This document shows, in pieces, positions 40,159 to 49,895 of a stretch of 64,000 bases of DNA. The position numbers and the translations under genes were made by a program. The notes under the pieces are model-generated. The model was not told where the DNA came from, ran no database searches, and saw only the letters and a list, made by a program, of their open reading frames with translations. Within the stretch, counting starts at the first letter, position 1; each line of letters starts with the position of its first letter. The DNA comes from Thermoanaerobaculia bacterium (GTDB taxonomy: Bacteria > Acidobacteriota > Thermoanaerobaculia > Multivoradales > Multivoraceae): NCBI GenBank assembly GCA_963664405.1, contig OY761158.1:3808001-3872000 (forward strand), written 5' to 3'.

Positions 40159-41310
40159 ATGGCGACCTACCTCGACAATAATGCGACCACGCCGCTCGAT
40201 CCGCGAGCTCGGGAGGCAATGCTGGAATGGCTGGGCAGGCGCCATGGCAACCCCTCGTCGGCTCACCGTTTCGGTCAGGACGCTCGTGAGGCTGTCGAAG
40301 TCGCCCGGGCAGAGGTCGCGACTCTTCTCGGTGGGCGCCCCGAAGAAGTGGTGTTCATGGGCTCCGGTACCGAGGCAAATAACGCCGTTCTTTGGAGCGC
40401 CGCCAGGCGTTACGGTTTCTCGGGCCATCTGGTGATCTCGGCTCTGGAGCATCCCTCGATTCGTGTTGTTGCCGAGGATCTTGTCGAGTTGGGGATGGAG
40501 CTCACGGTGCTGGCTCCCAGCGTTGAGGGCGTGCTCGACCCGGCGGCTGTCGGCGCTGCAATAAGGCCCGATACGCGGTTGGTCTGCCTGATGTCGGCGA
40601 ATAACGAAGTCGGTACCCTGCAGCCGGTAGCCGAGGTGGCGACTATCTGCCGCCGCCGGCGGGTGGCGCTCCACTGCGATGCCGCACAGGCTGCCGGCAA
40701 GGTCCCCACCAGCGTCGAGACTCTCGAGGCTGACACGGTGACCTTGGCGGCTCACAAGTTTCATGGGCCGCTCGGTGCCGCGGCGCTTTGGATAGGCAGC
40801 GATACGGAGTTCCGCGCCCACATCTTGGGCGGAGGTCAGGAGCGCCGCCGCCGAGCGAGCACCGAGAATGTTGCCGCCCTGGTCGGTTTCGGGGAGATCG
40901 CGATGTGGGCTGGCCGAGAGCTGGAGGAGCGCCAAGAGCACTTGCGTTCGTTGCGCGATCGCTTCGAGCAGAGCTTGGGCCAGATCGACGATGTGCGCAT
41001 CCACTGCCAGGGCAGTCCGCGGCTTCCCCATACTTCTCACGTCGCTTTCATGGGGGTCGAAGGGGAAGCCCTGACCATTCGTCTCGATCTCGCCGGCTTT
41101 GCGGTGTCCACCGGCTCCGCCTGCGCCTCGGGGGCGGTCGAGCCCAGTCCCGCCCTTCTCGCCTTGGGCCTTTCGCCGGAGGAGGCTCTGGCTTCGGTGC
41201 GGATCAGCTTCGGCATGGCCAACACCCTGGACGAGGTCGAGCCCTTTGTCGCGGCTCTGAGCCAGGAGGTCGGTGCCTTGCGTCGACTTGCCCCCTCGTT
41301 GGAGACTTGA
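40159..41310 (+). CDS. iscS: Cysteine desulfurase (IscS/NifS family)
   Basis: YLDNNATT, GNPSS, ANNEVG, AHKFHGP, STGSACASG. Confidence 0.92.
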   Translation: MATYLDNNATTPLDPRAREAMLEWLGRRHGNPSSAHRFGQDAREAVEVARAEVATLLGGRPEEVVFMGSGTEANNAVLWSAARRYGFSGHLVISALEHPSIRVVAEDLVELGMELTVLAPSVEGVLDPAAVGAAIRPDTRLVCLMSANNEVGTLQPVAEVATICRRRRVALHCDAAQAAGKVPTSVETLEADTVTLAAHKFHGPLGAAALWIGSDTEFRAHILGGGQERRRRASTENVAALVGFGEIAMWAGRELEERQEHLRSLRDRFEQSLGQIDDVRIHCQGSPRLPHTSHVAFMGVEGEALTIRLDLAGFAVSTGSACASGAVEPSPALLALGLSPEEALASVRISFGMANTLDEVEPFVAALSQEVGALRRLAPSLET

Positions 41311-41313
41311 CCG

Positions 41314-42441
41314 ATGATCGCAGTGGCGATGAGTGGTGGTCTCGATTCGTCGTTGGTGGCGGCGATGCTGGCCGATTCCGACGAAGAGCTGGTTGGGCTC
41401 TCGATGTTGCTCTGGGACCAGTCGACCGTGAGTCGCAACGGCCGCTGCTGCGGCTCTCTGGATCTAGGTGATGCGAGGCGAGTGGCGCAGCAGATCGGTA
41501 TTCCCCACTATACGGTCCGTCTCGAAGAGGAGTTCAACCGCCATGTGGTGACTCCTTTCGTTCAGGATTACGCCGCGGGTCGGACCCCGAGCCCCTGTAT
41601 TCGCTGCAATACTTGGATCAAGTTCGACGTGTTTCTGCAACGTGCTGTCGAGCTGGGAGCCGACCGCATCGCGACAGGTCACTATGCTCGTATTCGCCAG
41701 GGTGAGAATGGGCTCGAGCTCCATCGTGCAGCGGATGAGACCAAGGACCAGAGTTACTTTCTTTTCGAGCTGACTCAACAACAGCTCGCCAGATCGATCT
41801 TCCCCCTCGGGGAGATGCGCAAGTCGGAGGCTCGAGCGGAGGCGCGCCGTCGAGAGCTGGTGGTCGCGGAGAAGGGCGAGAGCATGGACATCTGCTTTGT
41901 CTCCGGCAGCGTCAAGGAGTTCGTCGAAGAGCACTCAGCCGAGCTCGACACGATGGCCCCGAGCGCCGTGATCGACCGTGACGGCCGGCGGCTGGGAAGT
42001 GCTGGACCTTACTACTCCTATACGGTGGGCCAGCGCAAAGGCCTGGGAATCGCGGCATCGGAGCGCCTTTACGTGCTCGAGGTTCAACCGCGCGAGAACC
42101 GCTTGGTCGTGGGGCCTCAGGAGGAGCTATTCGAGAGTGGGTTCTACGGCGAGCGGCTGAGCTGGATCGGCGGTGAGCCTGGCGGAGAGGTCGAAGCGGA
42201 GGTGCGGATCCGCTCGCGAGATGCCGGCGTGCGATGTCGACTGAGGCCTCTATCCGGTAGCCGTGTCGAGGTTGAGCTCGCAGAGCCCCAGGCCGCGGTG
42301 TCGCCCGGGCAGGCGGCTGTCTTCTACTCCGGCACGCAGGTCTTGGGCGGCTGTTGGATCTCAGCGCCCGAGCCCGCGCCAATGACGATGACGAACTCGC
42401 CTTTCAGAGAGTCTCGCCGCGCGAGCGTCTCTCGGAGCTGA
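41314..42441 (+). CDS. mnmA: tRNA 2-thiouridine(34) synthase
   Basis: AMSGGLDSS, GRCC, TPSPCIRCN, ATGHYAR, KDQSYFL, ESMDICF, TVGQRKGL, PGQAAVFY. Confidence 0.96.
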   Translation: MIAVAMSGGLDSSLVAAMLADSDEELVGLSMLLWDQSTVSRNGRCCGSLDLGDARRVAQQIGIPHYTVRLEEEFNRHVVTPFVQDYAAGRTPSPCIRCNTWIKFDVFLQRAVELGADRIATGHYARIRQGENGLELHRAADETKDQSYFLFELTQQQLARSIFPLGEMRKSEARAEARRRELVVAEKGESMDICFVSGSVKEFVEEHSAELDTMAPSAVIDRDGRRLGSAGPYYSYTVGQRKGLGIAASERLYVLEVQPRENRLVVGPQEELFESGFYGERLSWIGGEPGGEVEAEVRIRSRDAGVRCRLRPLSGSRVEVELAEPQAAVSPGQAAVFYSGTQVLGGCWISAPEPAPMTMTNSPFRESRRASVSRS

Positions 42442-43061
42442 GAGAGATCTCCGCGGAGTATCTCTTCGTGCATCTTGGTGAGCTCGCGCGCGACCGCCGC
42501 GGGCCGATCTCCAAAGACGGCGGTGGCATCTTCGAGACCGGCCAATAGCCGGTGGGGCGACTCGAAGAGGACGAGAGTGTGCTCCAAGTGCGCATAGCGC
42601 TCGAAGAAACGTCGTCTTCGGCCCGAGCGCGGAGGCGGGAAGCCGAGGAAGGTGAAAGGGTAAGGAGGGAGTGCGGACGCCACCAGGGCGGCGAGGAGTG
42701 CCGACGGTCCGGGTACGGGCTCGACTCGAATCCCCCGGGCTGCGGCCTCGCGTACGATCACGAAGCCGGGATCCGAGACCAGCGGCGTCCCAGCATCGCT
42801 GACGATGGCCACGCCCTGGCCACTCTCGAGATGTCTCAGTAACGGCTCGGTGCGGGATCGCTCGTTGTGGTCGTGGAGCGAGAGCAGCTTGCTCTTGACC
42901 CCAATTCCCGCCAGTAGGCGGCCCGTGCGTCGGGTATCTTCGCAGGCGACCAGCTCGACCGACTCGAGCACCTCTCGAGCTCGTGGTGAAAGGTCGCCGA
43001 GGTTTCCGATCGGGGTCGAGATCAGATAGAGAGTGCCCCCGACCGCGTTCTGAGTCGTCAC
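42324..43061 (-). CDS. rsmI: 16S rRNA (cytidine1402-2'-O)-methyltransferase
   Basis: TPIGNLGD, ACEDTR, SDAGTPLVSDPG, FESPHR, ARELTKMHEE. Confidence 0.95.
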   Translation of the reverse strand: MTTQNAVGGTLYLISTPIGNLGDLSPRAREVLESVELVACEDTRRTGRLLAGIGVKSKLLSLHDHNERSRTEPLLRHLESGQGVAIVSDAGTPLVSDPGFVIVREAAARGIRVEPVPGPSALLAALVASALPPYPFTFLGFPPPRSGRRRRFFERYAHLEHTLVLFESPHRLLAGLEDATAVFGDRPAAVARELTKMHEEILRGDLSQLRETLARRDSLKGEFVIVIGAGSGAEIQQPPKTCVPE

Positions 43062-43065
43062 ACGA

Positions 43066-45309
43066 TCACCGACCGATCTGGGTGTAGATCTCGCGATATT
43101 GGCTTTGCGCCTTGAGTACTCGCTCGAGGTAGGCCCGTGTCTCCCCGAAGCTGACCTTGGTGAAGAACTCTTCCGGCTCGCTCGAGTAACAGTGGCTCCG
43201 CCACAGCATGGCCTGCGCTTCTCCGGCGTTGTAGGCGGCCACCATTGTCGGGGTGACGCCTTTGAAGCGGCTCTCCAGCTCCGCCAGGTAGGCGCCTCCT
43301 AGCTCGATCGAGATCTGCGGGTCGTTCAGATCCTCTTCGTCGAGGGGTCCCATCGCGTGTTTGGCCGCAAGACGCTGTGCTGTGGGCATGATGAACTGGC
43401 CGAGGCCCCGTGCCGAGGCGGGAGAAACCGCTTCGGGGTCGAAGCGGCTCTCTTCGCGGAAGATGGCGAGAAGCAGGGAGGGGTCGACGTCGTGGACGCG
43501 AGTGGCGGCGAGGATCTCCTCCTCGAAGGGAAAGGGGTAAAGAACAGCGCGCAGTTGGTGGGGAAGTAGAGCGTCAGGCAGATCTTTAGCGATTCGCTTG
43601 TGCAGGATCTCGGCGATGTAGAGGGCCCGTCGCGTACTCCCTTCTTGGGCGAGCTCGCAACTGGCGGTCAGGGCTAATGCTGGCCTGCTAACCGGGAAAT
43701 GGCGGAGAACCACTCGATTTCCCTCAGTCCACAGTCCCAGTGCCAGGAGCTTTTCCTCGGGGTCGGCGAGCTCTCGCTCCCAGATCGGCCAATCCTGGCT
43801 GGCGAGCGGGGCGAGACTGAGGAAGGTACTGTTTGACCGACTCTTGGAGAGGCGCTGGATGAGCCGATCCTTTGCTGCTTGGCCAGCCGGGTGTGAGTTA
43901 CCGAGGGCGCGCCAAGCCGCGGCGAGCTCTCGAGTGCGACTGGACTGGGCCAGATTGGAGGCGATCTCGATCGTTTGATTTCTCAGCGGAGCGAGACTGC
44001 GAAGACGCTGCTGGGCGGCCAGCGAAAGCGGGTGGTAAGGGTCGAGTCCGAGCGCCTCGAGGTAGTGAGCGACCGCGGTCTTGGTATCGGAAGCGAGCTC
44101 GGCGAGGCGGCCCCGCCAGTAGATCACTTCGATAGAGCCTCGCCCGAGGCTCTGCTCGCTCTGGCTGAGCCAAGCGTCGGCGCGATCTCGGCGTCGGCGC
44201 ACAATGTCGGAGCTGGCGAGGAAGAGCCGCGCGCGGCCGTTCTCTTGTCGCCAGGCGCGTTGGGTGGGTAGGAGGTCGATCAGCTCTTGCGCTGCGGCCT
44301 CCTTACCTGTTCGCCAGTCGAGCCGTAGTGCCGAGATCAGACCGGCCGACGCGAAGCGGCCACTTGTGTCTGCCAGGTAGGCACGTCGGTAAGTAGCTGA
44401 AGCTCGAGTCCAGTCGCCCATCAACTCAAAGCTTCGGCCTTGTTGATATAGAGCCCGAGCTTTCTCCTCCGGCTTGCGAGCCCGCTCCGCAAGCTCGCCA
44501 AAGGCCTTCGAAGCCTCGACGAGTCGGCCACTCCAAAACCATGATCTTGCTAGTCGGTAGTAGGTCTCGATGTCTTCGCGTCGCTCCAGCTGTTGTGGAA
44601 GGCTCTCCGTCGCGGCTCCGAGGTAGTGGGCAGCGAGGTCGAAGTTGCGGAAGTGATGGTGGGTAGAGCCAAGGATCGCGGAGGCTTCGGGATCGAGATT
44701 CTGCACAAATCGTAGTGACAGCCGGTCTACGGCGAGCCGAGCCGAGATGTCGGTCTGGTCTTCCTTGACCAGGGCGAAGAGCTCGGTATCGACTTCCACC
44801 GCCCCACCTTCGAGACGGCAGACGATCTGTGCCACGCTCAATCTTCTGCGAGTTTCGCCGGGAAGGTGCTGCACGGAAATCTGCTCGAGCACTCTGCAGT
44901 CGCCGCCGAGCTCTAAGCTTTGGGTTAGAAGTCGCTCTCCAGGCTGTATGAGCACTCGAGGCACGGGCCCGCTCAGAAACGAGACAAGGAGGCCGGCGGC
45001 GAGCTCGGGGTGCCCGAGGCGAATCTGGCTCTCGGCGACACGAAGGACGGCGAAGGGAGCCAGAGGTGGGTTGGAGCGCATCACGCCGACGTAGGCCGCG
45101 ATGGCCTCGCGCGGCTTGCCGAGGTCTTCCAGCAGGTGACCTTCGAGATAGTCGATGCCAAGATCTCTGGCCGTTTTCGGATCCTCCGAGAGGAGGTTTC
45201 CAGCGAGCTCGAGGGCTTGTTGGCTCTGACTCTGGCCTTGGAGCTCGACTAGCTCGATGCGAGGATCCTTAACGGCTAGAAGGACGAGTAGGAGTGGCAG
45301 CAGTGTCAT
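43066..45309 (-). CDS. Soluble lytic murein transglycosylase with TPR-like N-terminus
   Basis: AIFREESRF, ARGLGQ, AAYNAG, ETRAY. Confidence 0.88.
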   Translation of the reverse strand: MTLLPLLLVLLAVKDPRIELVELQGQSQSQQALELAGNLLSEDPKTARDLGIDYLEGHLLEDLGKPREAIAAYVGVMRSNPPLAPFAVLRVAESQIRLGHPELAAGLLVSFLSGPVPRVLIQPGERLLTQSLELGGDCRVLEQISVQHLPGETRRRLSVAQIVCRLEGGAVEVDTELFALVKEDQTDISARLAVDRLSLRFVQNLDPEASAILGSTHHHFRNFDLAAHYLGAATESLPQQLERREDIETYYRLARSWFWSGRLVEASKAFGELAERARKPEEKARALYQQGRSFELMGDWTRASATYRRAYLADTSGRFASAGLISALRLDWRTGKEAAAQELIDLLPTQRAWRQENGRARLFLASSDIVRRRRDRADAWLSQSEQSLGRGSIEVIYWRGRLAELASDTKTAVAHYLEALGLDPYHPLSLAAQQRLRSLAPLRNQTIEIASNLAQSSRTRELAAAWRALGNSHPAGQAAKDRLIQRLSKSRSNSTFLSLAPLASQDWPIWERELADPEEKLLALGLWTEGNRVVLRHFPVSRPALALTASCELAQEGSTRRALYIAEILHKRIAKDLPDALLPHQLRAVLYPFPFEEEILAATRVHDVDPSLLLAIFREESRFDPEAVSPASARGLGQFIMPTAQRLAAKHAMGPLDEEDLNDPQISIELGGAYLAELESRFKGVTPTMVAAYNAGEAQAMLWRSHCYSSEPEEFFTKVSFGETRAYLERVLKAQSQYREIYTQIGR

Positions 45310-46568
45310 GGCGGACCGGAGACGCGCTCTACGCGTGCACCCAGATCCTGCAATTTCAGTTCCATCTTTTCGTAGCCGCGGTCGAGGTGGTAGATGCGAT
45401 CGATGATCGACTCGCCCTTGGCGACCAGACCGGCCAGCACCAGACAGGCCGACGCTCTTAGATCGGTCGCCATGACATGGGCCCCAGAGAGTGTGCTGGG
45501 ACCGGAAACGCGGGCGAAACTCCCATCGAGCGCGATGTTGGCGCCCATTCGGGCCAACTCTGGGACGTGCTGAAAGCGATTCTCGAAGACTGTTTCGCAG
45601 ATGGTGGCGTGGCCCGCGGCCTGGGTCATCATGGCGAGGTACTGGGCCTGCAGATCGGTAGGGAAGCCCGGATGGGGGGCGGTGACCATGTCGCGCGGGA
45701 GCAGCTCGCCTTCTCGCTTGACCCGAATAGACTGCCCGCTGCCTTCGACATCGACGCCGGCCTCTTCTAGCTTTTCGAGAAGGGGCCGCAGCGTTTCGGC
45801 ATCGATGCCCTCGATAGTGACGTCCCCGCCGCTCATTGCCGCGGCGATGAGGTAGGTGCCTGCCTCGATTCGATCCGCGACGATGTGATGCTCGGCGCCA
45901 TGAAGGCGGTTGCTGCCTTCGATGCGGATAGCGTCTTCGCCTGCGCCTTCGATTTTGGCACCCATGGCGACGAGCAAAAGTGCCAAATCGACCACTTCTG
46001 GCTCACGGGCGCAATTTTCGAGCACGGTTTCCCCTCGAGCGAGGGCGGCCGCCATCATCAGGTTCTCGGTGCCGCCAACCGTCGGCTGGGAAAAGCGAAA
46101 GCGGGTCCCGACCAGCTGCGAAGCGGTTGCCTCTACATAACCCTCACGGAGCTCCACGGTAGCGCCCAGAGCCTCGAGGCCGGCGAGATGCTGGTCGATG
46201 GGGCGCACCCCGATTGCGCAGCCTCCCGGTAGCGAGACCCGGGCTCGTCCGCGCCGAGCGAGAAGCGGGCCGAGAACCAGCACACTGGCTCGCATCGTCT
46301 TCACCAACTCGTACGGTGCTTCGCTGGGAGCCGTCGTTGACGAAGGGGTGAGCTCGATCGCGTCGCCCCGGGAGTCGCTGAGCACACCGTCGTGGGCGAG
46401 AAGGCGTCGCATGGTGCGGATGTCGGCCACCTGGGGCGCGCCATGCAGAATCAGAGCATCGTCGGTAAGCAGACTGGCAGCGAGAGCCGGAAGGGCCGCG
46501 TTTTTTGCCCCGCTCGCGCGGATTTTCCCCTGCAGGCGTGTGGGGCCGAGGATGCGGAAGCGATCCAT
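45306..46568 (-). CDS. murA: UDP-N-acetylglucosamine 1-carboxyvinyltransferase
   Basis: SGAKNAALP, LPGGCAIG.RPIDQH, PGFPTDLQAQ, ATDLRASA, HLDRGY. Confidence 0.97.
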   Translation of the reverse strand: MDRFRILGPTRLQGKIRASGAKNAALPALAASLLTDDALILHGAPQVADIRTMRRLLAHDGVLSDSRGDAIELTPSSTTAPSEAPYELVKTMRASVLVLGPLLARRGRARVSLPGGCAIGVRPIDQHLAGLEALGATVELREGYVEATASQLVGTRFRFSQPTVGGTENLMMAAALARGETVLENCAREPEVVDLALLLVAMGAKIEGAGEDAIRIEGSNRLHGAEHHIVADRIEAGTYLIAAAMSGGDVTIEGIDAETLRPLLEKLEEAGVDVEGSGQSIRVKREGELLPRDMVTAPHPGFPTDLQAQYLAMMTQAAGHATICETVFENRFQHVPELARMGANIALDGSFARVSGPSTLSGAHVMATDLRASACLVLAGLVAKGESIIDRIYHLDRGYEKMELKLQDLGARVERVSGPP

Positions 46569-46582
46569 CTCGAGGTGCGACG

Positions 46583-47422
46583 CTAGGCAGTTCGAAGAAC
46601 GAGCACTCGTTGGTGGCCGGCGTAGTCGAAGATGCGCTCCACCAGATGAAGATCATACTGTGCCGCCAGCTCGACGGTGGCTTGCGCCTGACCCGCTCCG
46701 ACCTCTAGGAAGAAGAGTGCCCCCGATGCGAAGAGGCTCGCCTGCGCAAAGAGCCCTCGGTAGTAGCGCAGACCGCCCTCTGCGGCAAAGAGAGCGGTCG
46801 GCGGCTCCCAATCCCGCACTTCCGGAGACAGGTCGACGGCTTCTCTCTGGTCGATGTAGGGAAGGTTTGCGACGACGACTTCGGCCGGTGTCGGGCCGAG
46901 ACTATCGAGAAGAGTCGAAGCGTAGAAGGTCACTCTTGCCCCCAGGCGGTCCCGGTTCTCAGCAGCCAAGGCGAGCGCGGCGATCGAGATGTCGTTGGCG
47001 CAGATCCGGGAGCTCGGCGATTCCAGAGCGAGAGTAATGGCGATACATCCTGAGCCTGTACCGACGTCGAGAATTGTGGCTCCGCTCGCCGGCAGGCGGT
47101 CGAGAACCGCTGTTACAAGGTGCTCGGTCTCCGGGCGTGGCACCAGAACCCGGCGGTCGACCATGAACGGTCGCCCGTAGAACTCCTTCTCTCCAAGGAG
47201 GTAGGCCACCGGCTCGGCTCGTAGACGACGGTCGACGAGAGAGCGGAAGTGCTCCTCTTCGTCTGCGCTCAGTTCTCGGTCGGGGTTGGCCAGCAACTGC
47301 GCTTCCGAGATCCCGCAGCAGTGGGAGAGAAGGAGTCGCGCTTCGCGACGGGAAGGTTGGAAGGACGCGCTCCCGAGCTCGCTTCGGGCATAGCGGAGAA
47401 GCTCCTCCACTTTACGGCCCAC
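46583..47422 (-). CDS. prmC: Release factor glutamine methyltransferase
   Basis: VLVPRPETE, LDVGTGSG, ANLPY; directly follows prfA. Confidence 0.93.
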   Translation of the reverse strand: MGRKVEELLRYARSELGSASFQPSRREARLLLSHCCGISEAQLLANPDRELSADEEEHFRSLVDRRLRAEPVAYLLGEKEFYGRPFMVDRRVLVPRPETEHLVTAVLDRLPASGATILDVGTGSGCIAITLALESPSSRICANDISIAALALAAENRDRLGARVTFYASTLLDSLGPTPAEVVVANLPYIDQREAVDLSPEVRDWEPPTALFAAEGGLRYYRGLFAQASLFASGALFFLEVGAGQAQATVELAAQYDLHLVERIFDYAGHQRVLVLRTA

Positions 47423-47454
47423 TGCCGTTCAAGCAGCGCTCGAGACGGTGGCCA

Positions 47455-48519
47455 TCATTGACCTGCGGTCTGGAAGTGCTTGGCCAGTGGGTCGATGAGT
47501 GGGTCGAGGTCGCCCTCGAGCACGTTGCCGAGTTGGTGCACCGTGAGGCCGATGCGGTGGTCGGTGACCCGGCTCTGAGGGAAGTTGTAGGTGCGGATCT
47601 TCTCCGACCGATCCCCGCTCCCGACCATTTTTCGTCGCTGTTCGGTCTCGGCCGATTGCGCCCTCTCGCGCTCGATCTCGAGCAGGCGCGCCTTGAGCAC
47701 ACGTAGGGCTTTGGCTTTGTTCTTGATCTGGCTGCGCTCATCCTGGCAGGTCACGACCAACCCGGTGGGCTCGTGAGTGAGCCTCACCGCCGAGTAGGTT
47801 GTGTTGACTCCCTGACCGCCGGGGCCGGAGGCGCAGTAGCGGTCGATACGCAGATCTTTCTCGTCGATCTGGACCTCGACGTCGTCGGCTTCGGGCAGTA
47901 CCGCCACAGTGACCGCGGAGGTGTGGATTCGCCCTGAGGCCTCGGTCTCGGGAACTCTCTGCACGCGGTGTACGCCGCCTTCGTACTTGAGCCGTTTATA
48001 GGCACCTTTGCCTTCGACGATGGCGGAGATCTCTTTGAGGCCTTTCACTCCGGACTCCGAGAGATCGAGGATCTCGATCCTCCAACTTTGAGCCTCCGCG
48101 AAGCGCGAGTACATACGAAAGAGCTCGGCGGCGAACAGCGTTGCTTCGTCGCCGCCTGTGCCGGCGCGAATCTCGAGTACCACGTTGCGCTCGTCGTTGG
48201 GGTCCTTGGGCGTCAGCTCGCGCTGCAAACGCTCTTCGAGGTCGACGGCGTCACTTTCGAGCTGGTCCAACTCGTTTTTGGCGAGGTCATATAGCTCGTC
48301 GTCTTTCGCCAGCTCTTCGAGCATTTCTCGAGTGCTGTCGCGCTCCTCGCGAGTCTTCTTGTAGCGCTGATAGAGCTCGACCGTCAGCCGAATATCCGCA
48401 AGCTCCTTCCCGGTGTCTCGGAATAGATTGTGGTCCGCGAGCACGGCTGGGTCGGCCAGCTTGTTGCTCAGCTCGGCATGCTTCGCCTCGATCTCCTGTA
48501 GGTGCTCGATCATGGTCAT
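47455..48519 (-). CDS. prfA: Peptide chain release factor 1
   Basis: EIRAGTGG, HRVQRVPETE (PxT), GPGGQGVN, DRSEKIRTYN. Confidence 0.97.
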   Translation of the reverse strand: MTMIEHLQEIEAKHAELSNKLADPAVLADHNLFRDTGKELADIRLTVELYQRYKKTREERDSTREMLEELAKDDELYDLAKNELDQLESDAVDLEERLQRELTPKDPNDERNVVLEIRAGTGGDEATLFAAELFRMYSRFAEAQSWRIEILDLSESGVKGLKEISAIVEGKGAYKRLKYEGGVHRVQRVPETEASGRIHTSAVTVAVLPEADDVEVQIDEKDLRIDRYCASGPGGQGVNTTYSAVRLTHEPTGLVVTCQDERSQIKNKAKALRVLKARLLEIERERAQSAETEQRRKMVGSGDRSEKIRTYNFPQSRVTDHRIGLTVHQLGNVLEGDLDPLIDPLAKHFQTAGQ

Positions 48520-49895
48520 GATGCCAGGCTCTCCGGAGAGATATTCAGTCTCTTCATCATCTCATGCAGAGTGGTCGGCTTCACGTTGAGTAGGGCTGCC
48601 GCCTTCTTTTGCACTCCTCCAGACGCCCGCAAGGCCTTGACGATGAGCTGACGCTCATAGGTGGCTACCGCTTCTTTCAGAGAGAGACCGCTGGTAGGAA
48701 GAGAAGCGAGGGGTGCGCTGAGCTCAGCCGGCTGGCGGACGGTGGCGGGCAAGAGCTCGACCCCGAGGATTCTCCCTGTCGAGAGCACGACGGCGCGCTC
48801 TACTGCGTTTTCGAGCTCGCGAACATTTCCGGGCCAGCGGTAGTCCATCAGTAGCTGCATCGCGTTTGGAGAGATATCGGCGATGGGTTTTTTATTTTCC
48901 GTAGCGTACCTGGCGAGAAACGAGTGGGCCAAGAGAGGGATATCTTCGGCGCGTTTGCGCAGCGGAGGGAGGTTGATGGTGATGACGTTGAGCCGGTAGT
49001 AGAGATCTTCTCGAAAGGCGCCGTTCGCCACTAGTTTTTCGAGGTTCGCGTTGGTGGCCGCGATGATTCGCACCTCTGCTGTGAGCACCTCGACTCCGCC
49101 GAGACGCATGAACTCTTTCTCCTGGATGACGCGCAGGAGCTTCGCCTGGGTCTCGAGCGGAATGTTGCCGATTTCGTCGAAGAAGATGGATCCGCCGTGG
49201 GCAAGCTCGAAGAGGCCCTTCTTGTTGGAGATCGCACCGGTAAAAGAGCCCTTGACGTGACCGAAGAGATTGCTTTCGAGAAGGTCGGCGGGCATCGACC
49301 CTGAGTTCACGGTGACGAAGGGTCCATCTCTGCGTTTCGAGTTGTGATGGATCGCCTTGGCGACGAGCTCTTTGCCGGTGCCGCTCTCCCCCAACACCAA
49401 GATGTTGCTCCTCGATGGCGCCGCGAGTCGGATCAGATCGAAGACCTGCTGAATGACCTTGCTCTTGCCGATAATGCGCTCGAAGCCGAAGCGGCCGTGT
49501 AGCTGCTCCTTGAGCGATCGGTTCTCCTCCTCGAGTTGACGCCGCTCCAGCCCCTTCTGGATGATGAGGCTTACTTCGACGTTCTTGAAGGGCTTCGGGA
49601 TGTAGTGGAAGGCACCCAGTTTCATCGCGTCGATCGCTCCCTCGATCGAGGAGAATGCGGTGATGAGCACTACAACCTGATCCGGATCGCGTGCTTTGAT
49701 CTGGGTGAGGACCTCCATTCCCGACATCCCAGGCAGCATCAGATCGAGGAAGATCAGGTGAACATCCTCTTGGCTGAGAATCGTCAGCGCCTCCTCGCCG
49801 GTGCGGGCGACGAGGGGCTCGTGACCCTCTTCTCGCACCAGGCTTGCCAGGACGTCCTGGAGGACCTCTTCGTCGTCGACGATGAGAATGTTCAT
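48516..49895 (-). CDS. Sigma54-dependent (NtrC-family) response regulator
   Basis: REC domain, [14 protein letters not shown] loop, [17 protein letters not shown]-terminal HTH. Confidence 0.95.
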   Translation of the reverse strand: MNILIVDDEEVLQDVLASLVREEGHEPLVARTGEEALTILSQEDVHLIFLDLMLPGMSGMEVLTQIKARDPDQVVVLITAFSSIEGAIDAMKLGAFHYIPKPFKNVEVSLIIQKGLERRQLEEENRSLKEQLHGRFGFERIIGKSKVIQQVFDLIRLAAPSRSNILVLGESGTGKELVAKAIHHNSKRRDGPFVTVNSGSMPADLLESNLFGHVKGSFTGAISNKKGLFELAHGGSIFFDEIGNIPLETQAKLLRVIQEKEFMRLGGVEVLTAEVRIIAATNANLEKLVANGAFREDLYYRLNVITINLPPLRKRAEDIPLLAHSFLARYATENKKPIADISPNAMQLLMDYRWPGNVRELENAVERAVVLSTGRILGVELLPATVRQPAELSAPLASLPTSGLSLKEAVATYERQLIVKALRASGGVQKKAAALLNVKPTTLHEMMKRLNISPESLAS

